Assembly: GCA_043228905.1 (NCBI GenBank) | Contig: JBHGNT010000009.1 | Coordinates: 19,592,001-19,656,000 of the forward strand | Source of the DNA: Azolla caroliniana | Taxonomy: Eukaryota; Plantae; Polypodiophyta | Direction: 5' to 3' | DNA length: 64,000 bases | Translations under genes and position numbers: made by a program | The notes under the pieces: model-generated | Told to the model about the DNA's origin: nothing | Seen by the model: the letters and a program-made list of their open reading frames with translations, nothing else | The model's database searches: none | In this document: positions 37,654 to 50,097 of the stretch, in pieces | Layout of the letters: each line of letters starts with the position of its first letter | Numbering within the stretch: the first letter of the stretch is position 1

Positions 37654-40600
37654 TCAGTTGGCTTGTTTGCTCAACAGGCTCAATTCAACTCCCTCGCTAT
37701 TGTGACTTAGGCACTTGTCGCTTCGCCGATCCCTTCGTGTTGGCGTCGACTTTCGCTGCCTTCTCATCCTCTTGGCCTTGAATTGATCTGGTTCTTCTGA
37801 ATCCGTCTGTTGAACCGAATCGGTTGTCTTCGATTCGTTCCAGCTCTTGTCCGAATCGGTTGCTCCCGATTCGTCTTCCGGTTCCAAGCCCTTCACCACA
37901 TCGGACCATATCCGGGTCTTGGCCTTCTTCTTCCGGTCGGCTCTGTCCTTCTTGACTCTGCCGCCACTGCCACTTGTTCCGACTTGTTCGGATGTGTCAA
38001 CTTCCTTTGTCGACTTGGCTCCTTTCTTCTTCTTGTCTCCCCCTTTGTCGGTTCTTCCCTCACCGGCGCAATCAGTAGTCTCTTTACCTTTGCCCATTCC
38101 AGTGGTGTCTTTGCCCATTCTCCCCCTCAAGTGTGGCACGTTGAGATGCTGAACACCAAGAATTTCAGTGAAGTGTTGAAACTTGTCTAATCCGAGTGGT
38201 TTGGTGAAGATGTCAGCAACTTGCCGATCCGTATGAACACACCGAAGTTCGACTTCACCGCTTAGGACACGCTCTCACACGAAGTGGTAGTGCACTTCTA
38301 TGTGCTTTGTGCGAGCATGGAATACAAGGTTCTTGGTGAGCTGCATGCTGCTTATGTTGTCGTAGTAGATCAAGATCGGGGTCGGCGCCTCGATCCGCAG
38401 GTCTTGCAGCAGTCGCCGAAGCCAAATGGCTTCACAGGTGGCAACGGTAGCGCCCCGATACTTAGCCTCAGTGCTCGACAGAGCCACTATTGGCTGCTTT
38501 TTGCTGCTCCACGCAACAACCACGCTACCTAGGGAAAACATGTAACAGGAGGTGGATCGGTGATCCGATGCATCGCCGGCCCAGTCGGCATCAGTGTAGC
38601 CGACTAGCTCTTCGGTTATAGCATGTCAGTATAACAGTTCCCATTCCTTCGTGCCGCTCACATACCGGAGTATTTGGTGTGCGCACTGAAGGTGCTCTAC
38701 GGTTGGCTTCTGCATATATTGGCTGATCACGCCGACTGCATAGCTGATGTCGGGTCGAGCAATTGTCAAATATATAAGGTTTCTGACAATTTGTCAAAAC
38801 CATTTCTCATCGTAGGAGTCGAGACAGAGCTTCTGGTTTCGGTTCAGGGGTGTGGAGATTGGTCGGCATTTCTTCATGCCGAACTTGTACAGCATATTCA
38901 ACACATAGTGTCTTTGTGAGAGCAATATGCCGTCGGGGGTTCAGATCACCTCGATCCCAAGGAAATAGTGAAGGTCCCCTAGATCCTTCATCTCAAATGC
39001 GTCCGACAGTTGGGACTTGACTCGGCTAATTTCATCGAGTCCGGGTCCGGTGATGACCAGATCATCAACATACAACAAGATGCAAACCGGACCGTTCGGA
39101 CCTTGTCAGATGAACAACGAAGAGGTAGACTTGGAGGCCGCAAACCCCATCTTACGCAACCGGTGCGTAATCTTGGCATTCCAAGCTCAGGGGGCTTGCT
39201 TCAGGCCATAAAGTGACTTCTTCAGCCGGCATACCGCCGACTTGTTCATCTCCGTCTGGAAACCAGGAGGTTGGGTCATAAAGACCTCTTCTTCAAGATC
39301 GCCTTGAAGGAATGCATTCTTCACGTCCATCTAGTGAAGATGCCACCCCCTTGCCGCAGCAACCGCTAACACCACACGAACCATCGTCATCTTCGCTACT
39401 AGAGTGAAGGTCTCGTCGTAGTCGATTCTGTGGGTCTGTGCGTATCCCTTCGCCACTAACCGGGCCTTGTACTGGTTAACCGAACCATCGGCATTGTACT
39501 TTAACTTGTACACCCACTTACATCTGATCGATTTACAGTGACGGGGAGGGTCAACTAGGTCCTATGTGTCATTGGCATCAAGTGCCCGCATTTCTTCCTC
39601 CATAGAGGCACGCCAATTTGTGTCCTTTGCCGTTTCTGCGTAGCTCTCCGGCTCACGCACTTCCGCCACCTTGGTCATGTACGCATATTGATGCGCCATG
39701 TACTCATTGTACCCGTACCGCTTAATAGGTTCCTTCTGGTGGGTTGACCGGCGTAACCCACCGTTACCCGGTTTGAGGCCCATCTTGGCCAGATCGGTCT
39801 TCGTTGCCGAAGAACCGTCATTTTCCTTTCCGGAGTCGGATCCGCTCCGATCCGACTCATCATTACCGGTTCCATAATCTGGCATCTTCTTCTTCCCCTT
39901 CTCTTTGCGCGTGAACCGTTTCCTGGGTTCCTTGCGCGGGGAGAGCACGATAGAGGCTTCACTACTCGCCGGTTCCTCATCTGCCTAGTCGGATTGACCC
40001 AGTCTCTCATTCGGCCCAGTCAACCGAAATGTTTCTGGACTCTCTTCTTGAGTCCCAGATTCATCATGTTCTACCTGGGCCGGTTCAGGCTCACTAGCCT
40101 CATCCTCCGGCATCAAGTCAAGGTCGGAAGTCGAAGTTGGTAAGGAATACCATCATGCCGTTTCATCGAACTCGACATCGCCGCTAACTCAGACCTGCTT
40201 CGTCCGGGGGTTATAACACTTATACCCCTTTTGCTCATGTGAGTAGCCAACAAGGATGCACTTCTCCGACTTTGCATCCAACTTCCTCCGCTTCTCATCT
40301 GGCACATGCACATATGCTATGCTGCCGAATATCCGAAGGTGTCTCAAATTCGGCTTGCGCCCGAAATACAGCTCATGCGCAGACACCTTGTCACCGATCT
40401 GGTTTTGAATGTGGACGGTCGTCCGGACTGCCTCCGCCCAGTAGAAATGGGGCATGCTCTTCTCTTCCAACATTGCCCTTGCCGCGTCGACAATCGACCG
40501 GTTCTTCCTCTCGGCCACACCGTTTTGCTGTGGTGTGTATCTGTAGTTGAACTCTCTCCGAATTCCTTTTTGCTGCAGATAACTGTTGAATTGGCCAGAA

Positions 40601-42412
40601 AAATATTCTTTTCCGCCATCCGACCGTAGGCACTTGATCTTCCTCTCTGTTTCCCGTTCAACCAGTCTTTGCAGGTTCCGGAAACACTCGAAGACTTCGC
40701 TCTTTTGCTCAATGAGGTAGATCCATGTATGCCGGCTGTAGTCGTCGATGAAGGAGACGAAATACCAACTCCTGCCAAAGTTCACATTCTGTGCCAATCC
40801 CCATACATCCGAATGAATAAGGTAGAACTTGTCATGGCTACAGTTTCATTTGGTAGGGAATGGAAGCCGATGTTGCTTCCTGAGTTGGCAGGCTTCACAT
40901 ATTTGGGCCTTTCGGCCACTGAACTTCGGCAAACCAAAAACAACTTGTTTCATTTGCAGGTCTTGAAGCCTCCGGTAATTGACGTGGCCGATCCGCTTGT
41001 GCCAGAGATCAATATCTGATTCAATCTTCTGTCCTTTGGCGAATAAAGCGGTGCCGACGTCACTAGTGTCGAGGATGAACATCCTCCCGTCTCTATGTCC
41101 TTGCACAATAATCTGGCCCTCTTCCTCGATGAAGCACCCGAGGTGCGTAAACCACACCTGCATCCCCTGGTCGACTATCTGTCCAACCGACACCAGGTTC
41201 TTCGTGATGGTCGGAACGTGTAATACGTTCATCAGCTTCCCCCTCTGTCCGACGTGGCTCAAAGGGTCTTCTCCGACATGCACGATTGGGTAAGGAGTGT
41301 TGTCTCCGGTTTCGACGACCCCTGGTTGTTCCGATTTCTCCAAGAAGGAGAACCACTCTTTGTAGCTCGTCATGTGATTCGACGCACCGGAATCAACATA
41401 CCATACTTCCTCTGATTTGGAAGTGGTCTTCTTCATCGAATTTGCCTCGTGCTTCATCACCAAGGCTAGCCCCTTCCCGGTTCCGGATCCTTCCGATCCT
41501 TGCGCGTAGTGAGAGCTTTGCCGGTTCTCCCGACCAGTTTTGCTGGATCCAAATCTGTCCGAATCAGCGCGCTTCTTCTAGCACTCGCTTTCTCTGTGGC
41601 CCTTTTTGCCACAGTACCAGCATTCCATGGCAGATTTGTCTTGCCGACCTTCGGCGTCGCCTTGACTCCCCCTACTTGTGGATGTCCCGAAACTGTTGTC
41701 GGCACGTTCTTTGTGCCTTCTTTCCTGCTCTTGCCGACCGCATCTAATGCGCGCCGACCCACCTCGTCCCCCACGCCCACGGGACCTATCCGCCTTCGTG
41801 TACAACATTCGGCTATCCGATTGAGTGGTCATGGACCCACTCGTGTGGTTTTCTTCGACCATCAGCATCGATTGCAAGTCGAAGAAGGTCAGTGGTTTCT
41901 CCCGGGTGCAGGTCGCTATCTGGATTGGCCTGTACCTTTGCGCTAGACCACCAAGGTAGATTTGTACCATTTCATCTTCGTCCACCGTCATGTTGATGGA
42001 GCCGAGCGTGTCGCAAATCTCCTTTATTTTGGTGGTCTAGTCCGTAACCGACATATCTCTTTGTCGGATGTTGTTCAGCTCTTGCCGGAGCTGCAACTTA
42101 CAGGCTGTGGTACTTGCGGCGAAAATCTTACGCAGATTTTCCCAGGCCACCTTCGGCGTCTTTGCATCCCTGATGTAGCTAAGCATCTGGTCATTCACAC
42201 AGGACGCGAGGCAGTATAATACTCGGCTCGCTCCTTGCTCCCATACCGGGAAGTCCTTGTGTCCAGGCTCTGGTGCTACCTCATTCGTTCCTTCCACGAA
42301 ACTCCAATACCCATGCCCCAATAGGTACTGGTGCATTTTGTATGACCAGGACGCGTAGTTGCTCCGGTCGAGCTTCTCTGTAGGAAATGAACTCGCCATA
42401 CCTCTGTCCATA
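37654..42412 (-). pseudogene. copia C gag-pol including a ~155-aa basic C-terminal extension
   Basis: Domain order gag-PR-IN-RT-RH. The RH end reads in frame ...VQHLNVPHLRGRMGKDTTG... to the stop at 37654. Confidence 0.85.
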
Positions 42413-45354
42413 TTATTATTTTTTTCTATTGTTCTGTTATCACAACCTGTAGGGTTTGTCTTGCGAAAGCAAATGTCAGCTGCAAAGGTCTTCAACCCTC
42501 ACGCTCTGATACCATGTAGAAAAACGTATGTGCGGAAGCGTAAGACAACAGCTTGGCTGCGTAACAGCAGAGAGAGAGAGAGAGAGAATAGTACACAGAA
42601 TACAGAGAGTACTCAGGAGAGACAGAGAGAGCAGAACAAGAATCTATTACAAAACAATAATAGTTTTCTCTATACATGAAACGTGCTCAACATCACTATT
42701 TATACAAGTCCTGAGAGGACTGACAGAAGTACCGCGTCATTCAATGCTCACTCGAGCGTCTGGCACTGACTACGAGACTATTAACTCCCTAGTAGTCTAG
42801 TTGCTACTAGGCTTCCGGTTACTGATGGATCCGGCGAACCAGCTCCCCAGCTCACCGGGTCACCAATCCAGCTCATCCTTCTGGATGCCGATCCGGCTCA
42901 GGCTTATTCAGCCGATCCGGATCCGGTTGAGCTTGCCACTCAACAAATGGGAATTGATGTTGTTTGCCGAGTTGAGACGCTTTGCATACTCGGTCGACTC
43001 GACTGTTGGAAGTCCGATGACCACTCCCTTTGATGCATAGCTCGGAGCCGTTGGAGGTTGATGTGATCGATTCTCTTGTGCCACTACTCGATGGTTGTCT
43101 CGGTTTTGAGACCTTTAGCGTACAAGGCCGATTTCACCTTGTTCAAATCGAGGATGAACATGCAACAGTCTCTTCGTCCCTTGGCTATGAGTCGACCATC
43201 TTTCTCGATGAAGCATCCTTCATTGTTGAAGCGGACTTGCATGCCTTGCTCCGCGATTTGGCCGACGGAGACCAAATTCTTCGTTATTGTGGGCACATGC
43301 AAGACATTCTTGATGCAAGTTTGCTCACCTTCTATCCCGAATGGGACATTGTCGATGTGCCGAATGGGATGTGTGATGTCGTCTCCCGTCTCTATGAAGG
43401 GGGGTCAATCCTGTGTTCGTAAATCACAAAACCACTCTTCGTGAGATATCATGTGATGTGAGGCGCTGGAATCGACGAACCACACGTCTTCCGAGTTGGA
43501 GGCGCTCGCGGAGTTGGAGGCCGACATAGAGTTCGCTCTATGCCTAATTACGAATAGTCCGCTGTAATCATTGTATTCGGAGTTGACAACGTAATTCGTG
43601 AGTTTTCGACTTGTGGAAGCCGACTCATTTCTTCTTTTTCGGCACTCCTCATAGTGACCGATTTTGTCGCAATAGTTGCAAGTTGCAGGTCTCATTTGCC
43701 GACCTTGTTCGGCATGGAAGCTCCCCCTTCTTCCAAAGGTTCCTTGATGGCTTCCGTGAAGGTTTGAGTTCCCTTCATGTGATGGGCGAAATTGGCCTCT
43801 TCTACCGTCGTGACCTCCTCTTCCGTGACCTCGTCCTCGGCCACTGTCCGAACTTGAGAAGAACATTTGTCCTTACGACGTCTTCATCTTGGTTCGGACA
43901 TGATTCTCTTCGATGAAATAACATTGATCGGAGGTCAAAGAATGAATGAGGGTTTTTCCTCGCCAAGATTGTTGTCCTGTAATTGATCGAATCGTTGTGC
44001 GAAGCCACCCAAGCATACTTGAACCATCTCGTCTTCGTCGACGTTTATTTTGATGGAGCCAAGCGAATCGCAAATGCTCTTGATCTTGGCGGTGTAGTCC
44101 GACACGGACATGTCTTTTTGTAGAATGTTGTTCAACTCTTGTCAGAGTTGAAGCTTTTGGGCGATTGTGTTGGCGGCGAACATTTTCTTTAAGTTCGCCC
44201 ACGCTTCTTTAGGCATCTTGGCATCTCGTCGTAGATTACCGTGGCTTGAATAAGGGCACCATCAGGAATAGGTACACACTTTCCCTTATCTCAAGTCTTT
44301 TAGAATGGATCAACGCTGCAAGGTTCTTTACAAAGATTGACTTACGAGGGGCATATAACCTCATATGGATCCGACCAGGAGATGAATGGAAGAACGTGTT
44401 TCGCATGAGATATGGGCATTTCGAGTATATGGTCATGTCATTCAGCCTCACTAATGCGCCAACAGTCTTCCAGCACATGGCAAATGATATAGTCTGAGAT
44501 CTCTTGGATGTTTGTTTGATCATCTATTTGGATGATCTACTGGTTTATTCGAAGACCCAAGAAGACCATGATTCTCATGTACTGTTAGTACTAAAACGAC
44601 TTCGAGAACATGATATTTATGCAAAGCTGGAAAAATGTAATTTCGAGTGCAACCGGGTAGAATTTCTGGGCTATGTCATTTCCTCGGAAGGCATCTCCAT
44701 GGATCCAGCTAAGGTCAAAACGGTGGTAGAGTGGTAGACTCCGCGTTCGTTGCAAGATATGAAATGCTTTTTAGGCTTTGCCAATTTCTATCGCAACTTT
44801 ATACAGGATTACTCAAAGCTTGTTCTACCTCTCACACAACTCACCAGGAAGGGACAATCGTTTGTGTTGGGAATTCGACGTTCCTTATGTCCGACGCTCG
44901 GCCACAATCAAGATTCTTTTCATACACAGAAAAAACAGGTAATGAAACGCGACACAAAGGGGAGAAATGGTACACAAGAGGTTTACGTGGAAAACCCCAA
45001 AATAGGGGAAAAACCACGGCAGCCCACAGGCTGCAAACTGTCACTATGTAGGAATATACAACAGTGAGTTCACTGGGGCAACGACCTCGTGCTCTCAGAT
45101 CTTCACCACAGGCGGCAGTTACAACAGAGGCAACGACCTCGTCTCTCTCTCTCTCTCTCTGTGTGTGTGTACAGTTACGCGCTCTCGCTTCTTCTGGCAC
45201 CAACAAGGAAGAATAACAACAACAAAACGACACAACAACTACACCTAAGAGTTTGCCCTAAGTCATATTTATACTAATATGACTTTTCGGCTATTTACAA
45301 ATGTAGCCTCGATGGGCTCTGAGAAACATATTTACGAATATGTCTCTTCCTCCT

Positions 45355-45530
45355 GTTCATACCGGGCCTGCACCATCCGGCTCTCCGTAGTCGGGTACTC
45401 CCCATCCGGTTCATACCGGGCCTACACCATCCGGCTCTCCACAGTCGGGTACTCCCCATCCGGTTCATACCGGGCCTACACCATCCGGCTCTCCGCAGTC
45501 GGGTACTCCCCATCCGGTTCATACCGTTTC
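45355..45530. repeat. 54-bp tandem repeat x3 in the copia D 3' LTR (x4 in the 5' LTR, 57549-57775)
   Basis: Unit GTTCATACCGGGCCTACACCATCCGGCTCTCCGCAGTCGGGTACTCCCCATCCG. Confidence 0.9.
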
Positions 45531-45607
45531 CCATCCGGAGTTTGTTCGTCGGCACTGTTCTTCTCCCTTCCCATCCGAAGGGACCTGTCTCCCAACAAAC
45601 TCCCCCT

Positions 45608-48600
45608 TCACTCCGGCATGGGGTGTCTTTCCAGCCCGATCCTCTTCCGGCATGCGTCCAGCTTGTCGGGTGTCAGCACTTTGGTTAGCATATCTGACCC
45701 GTTCTCGGCCGTGTGGATCTTCGTCAGTGCGAACTCCTGGTCATCTACCCTTTCCCAGATCCAGTGATACCTCCGCTGGATATGCTTCGTCCGGGAATGG
45801 TAGGCTGCATTCTTAGCAAGGTGGATGGCACTTTGACTGTCGCAGTAGAGTCGGTATTCCTCTTGCCGGATACCGAGCTCTCCGATGAAGTCCTTCATCC
45901 ATAATATTTCCTTGCCAGCTTCTACAGTCGCCATGTACTCCGCCTCTGTGGTTGACAATGCAACTATCTTCTGCAGCCTCGACTGCCACGAAACAGCTCC
46001 CCCTGCATATGTCATCACATACCCGGATGTAGACCGGGTGGTATCCACATCAGCCGACATGTCCGAATCGGTGAAACCGTCCAGTTGAGGTTTCCCGGAG
46101 CCGAATCGGAGACACATATTTGAAGTGCCCTTCAAATACCAGAGTATCCATTTGACTGCGTTCCAATGCTCCTTGACGGGATTACTCATGAACCGGCTCA
46201 CCACTCCGACTGCGTATCCAATGTCCGGTCGGGTACAAACCATTGCATACATCAAGCTCCCGACGGCAGAGGCATATGGGATCTTCATCATATCTGCCTT
46301 CTCTCCTTTTGTCTTCGGGCTTTGCTTGCCGGACAACTTGCAGTTTGCCGGAAGTGTCGATCCGACCGGTTTTGCATCTGACATGTTGAACCGGTGAAGC
46401 ACCTTTGTCACATACTTCTCCTGTGACAGCCATAATTGCTTCACTGACCGGTCCCGAATGATGTGCATCCCCAACATCTGTCTTGCCGGACCCAGTCTTG
46501 CCGGACCCAAGTCTTTCATTGAGAAGGTCTGGTTGAGAGCCTTCTTCAGCATCCGTATTTTGCCTTGGTCTCGTCCGACGATCAACATGTCATCCACGTA
46601 CAGGAGGAGTATCAGGAAGTCCCCTCCTTCGAACTTCTTCACGAACACGCAGTGATCGGCCTGCGTCTTATGGTACCCTTGATCGGTCATGAAGGAGTCG
46701 AACTTCCGGTACCATTGCCGGGGAGCCTGCTTTAGTCCGTACAGGCTCTTCTTCAACCGGCATACCAGGTGCTCCTTCCCTTTCTCCACAAATCCTTCCG
46801 GTTGCTGCATGTAGATTTCCTCTTCGAGGTCGCCGTGGAGGAATGCCGTCTTCACGTCCAGCTGCTCTACCTCGAGATCCATGCTTGCTGCTATACTCAG
46901 CACCGTCCGGATGGAGGTCATCTTTACTACCGGGGCGAATATTTCGTCGAAGTCCACGCCCTTCTTCTGCTGGAACCCCTTCACCACGATCCTGGCTTTG
47001 TATCTCGGGGGGTTGCCGGCATCTCCCGGTTTCAACTTGAACACCCACTTGTTTCGGAGTGCCCGCTTTCCTTTCAGCAGCTCCACCAATTCGTACGTAT
47101 GGTTCTCATGCAGGGAATCCATCTCATCCTGCATGGCACTTAACCATTTTCGGATGTGGGTGTCTTCCTTCGCTTCTTCGAAGCTTTCCGGCTCCCCCTC
47201 ATCGGTCAGCAAGACATGCTCTGCATCCGGAAATCTCCGGGGCGCCCTTCTCTCTCTGAGAGGATATCTACGTCTTCGGGCTTCGGTAACCGGTTCCTCC
47301 ATTTGCTCTTCATCCGAATCCGATTCGGGGTCTTGACCGGTTCCGGTCTCAGCTTCCTCTACTTCTTCTTCTGCCGGTTCGGTATCCTCACCGTAACCGG
47401 CTGGTTCCTCGAGTGCTAACCGGTCTCTTGCCGGTTGGGTCTGCTCATTGTAGAGTCTATCCTTACCGGTCGACTCGGAGTTCATTACCTTCTTCTCCGA
47501 CTCCCAGTCGGCGAGCGTCTTGTCCTCCATGAAGATAATATCTCGACTCCGGAATACCTTCTTGTCGACCGGGTCCCACACTCGGTAGCCGAACTCATCG
47601 TCACCGTAACCGAGGAATATGCATGGCCGGGTCTTTGGATCTAACTTTCCTCTCCGGTCCTTTGCTACATGCACGTACGCGAGACACCCGAACACCCTCA
47701 GATGGCGGTAGGACACTTCCTTACCGGTCCATACTCTCTGTGGCGTGTCTCCGTCCAAGGGTACTGAGGGTGATCTGTTTATCACATATGTCGCCGTCGA
47801 CAGTGCCTCAGCCCAAAACTTCTTGGGTAGTTTTGCATGCGCTAGCATACTCCGGACCCTCTCCATTATGGTCCGGTTCATCCTCTCGGCCAGTCCGTTT
47901 AGTTCCGGCGTCTTCGGCACGGTAAATTCGAGCCGGATTCCCTTCGAGCGGCAGTACTCCTCGAACTGCCCCCGGTACTCTCCTCCGTTATCTGCTCGAA
48001 CCGCCTTCAGCTTCCGGCCGGTTTCTCTTTCCACTCTCGTGTGGAGCTCTTTGAAGACTGATAACACCTGATCCTTCGTCTTCAGCGGTGTGGCCCACAG
48101 CTTCCGACTGTGGTCATCTATGAACGTCACGAAGTACTGCGCTCCGGCATGTGACTTCGTGTCTACTTGACAAACATCTGTATGCACCAACCCCAGTGGT
48201 GCATTACGTCTCATCGGTGGCCTTGGTCAGAAGGAGGTCCGGTTCTGCTTACCGGCCAGACAATCAGTGCACTTCTCTAAGTGCACGTTCTTCACTGGAA
48301 TGAGGTTGTCGTCTCCAAGCCTCTTCATCCCCTTCTCACTCATGTGACATAGCCTCTTGTGCCACAGCTCACCGGCAGTGTCGGAAGCCACGTTCACTTC
48401 TTCCGGACATAACCGGGCATTCATCAGGTACAGTGTGTTTACCTTCCGGGCCCGAGCCACAATCAGGCTCCCTTTGCTGAACTTCATGACACCGTTCCGG
48501 ATGCTACCCGTGTAGCCTTCATCATCTAGCCGACCGGCTGATATCAGGTTCAGACGAACTTCCGGAACGTGTCGGACATCCTTCAACAGCAACTTGCATC

Positions 48601-49179
48601 CGGTTGGTGTTGTCAGCCACACGTCTCCTATGCCGACAATTCGGCATGTTCCTTCATTCCCCATCCGGACACAGCCGTGATCACCGGCTGAGTAGGATGA
48701 GAAGCATTTCCGGTCCGGGGTAAGGTGGAACGACGCTCCGGAGTCTACCACCCAGGTCATCTCGTCGCCGGCATGGTTTATCTCACTCTCCTCGGTGATG
48801 AGCATCAACTCTTCTTCACTTGCCGCAATTGCCATCGTTCCCTTCCGGTCCGGCCCCCTCCGGTCTTTACCGTTCCGGTTCGGGGTTTGCTTCGAATCGG
48901 TACCGTCAGTTTCCTTGTCTTTACGGAAATGCCGACAGTTCTTTTGGAAGTGTCCCGGCTTGCCGCAATAGAAGCAAGTAGGCCTCCCCCTTGACTTTGA
49001 CCGTGTCCCCGACTTCTCCTGGTTCTGGGGACTACGGTTTCTATGTCTTCCGCGTTCCGATTCGGTAAGGAGCGCTTTGGAGTCGGAGCTCGTATCTTTG
49101 TCTTTCCGACGAGCCTCCTCATCTAGCAAGCTCGACTTTACTCTTGCTAGGGATAACCGTTTTCCTTCCGGCCCGGCGT
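45608..49179 (-). pseudogene. pol: copia D gag(C-term)-PR-IN-RT-RH; single premature TGA at 48227-48229
   Basis: 324-aa and 868-aa ORFs in the same frame (CFYCGKPGHFQKNC, WVVDSGAS, LYVDDML, STTEAEY). 15-bp duplication gives LGPARLGPAR. Confidence 0.92.
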
Positions 49180-50097
49180 TGTCGTGAAGAATGTGCTTCA
49201 CGATATAAAAATGAGCTTAAATGTTGTATTTAATAATATTTGAGAGACTTGAACCCACATCCTTATATACGATGTACAATGTACATACCACTAGGCTAGG
49301 CTATTTATTTGTAAAAGTGTGTAATAAATGTGCTTCATGATATAAGAATGAAGCTATATATTGTATTAAGTAAAATTGAGGAACTTGAACCCTCAACCTT
49401 GTATATCAAGCACAAACCATACACCACTAAGCTAGGTTATTTGTTTTAGGGTTATATCCATCATTATACTTATCCCAATACATGGGAGCTCAAATGAGCA
49501 TGATGGCTATCATGCATCACATGCAATGCATGTGCACCAAATGGCGATCATGCATCAGATGTAACTCATGCATTACATGCATGACATTACCATATGCATG
49601 GAAATACTTATAAAAAGAGAGGAAAGGAAAACAAAAGGGGATCAAGGGAATCAAGAGAGAGTGAAAAAAAATAATACAATTAATTGAAGAAGACTAGCTC
49701 ATTGGGTGGAGAACCTCTCGTTTCAAAGTTGAGGTCGTGAGTTCGAATCAAGGGTCGGTAGAGAAAGGGTTCATCTTGCTACCAAACATTGTAAAGTTGG
49801 TAAAATCTTGTATTCGTAATACATATCATATATTTTTTTGTCTTAAATCATAAGTTGTCTCTATCTTGCGTCTTGAATCATACATTGCCTCTATCTTTTA
49901 TCTATACTAGTCTCTCTCTCACACATATTACTTTAAACTATTATTCTTCATATCCTTTATCTTCCTAACATTTGCGCGCAAGCCTTATAAAAGTTCCTTC
50001 AACTCCCCTTAACCTTAGTCCCTGCGACTTCGCCGCACGAACCACAACTACCCCGACACATTTGGTGAACCCGACGTGAAGGCGACGACGAGGAGAA

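Larger units (their letters stand above)
30136..42945 (-). mobile_element. Full-length Ty1/copia element C (mutated); its 3' LTR is interrupted by a Ty3 element
   Basis: TSD AATGG (30131-30135, 42946-42950), 5' LTR 42515-42945, Met PBS 42503-42514 directly adjacent, 3' LTR 30136-30303 plus 37235-37491, PPT 37492-37502. Gag MDRGMASSFPTEKLDRSNY, PR WYVDSGAS, IN, RT, RH. Confidence 0.93.
28187..44229 (-). mobile_element. Ty1/copia element B (gag-PR-IN, both ends deleted); host of the NUPT and of element C
   Basis: gag/PR at 44229-42946 (CNYCDKIGH..C, WFVDSSAS), integrase at 30135-29570, post-IN linker at 28764-28187. Confidence 0.8.

Noticed and set aside
45279-45767. Repetitive-peptide ORFs here and at 57473-58096
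   Set aside because: Translation of the 54-bp LTR tandem repeat.
30898-48994. Many antisense ORFs over GC-rich gag-pol regions
   Set aside because: Shadow ORFs expected from GC-rich coding sequence.
49244-49749. Genuine tRNA genes
   Set aside because: No convincing acceptor stem or 7-nt anticodon loop, so reported only as tRNA-like modules.
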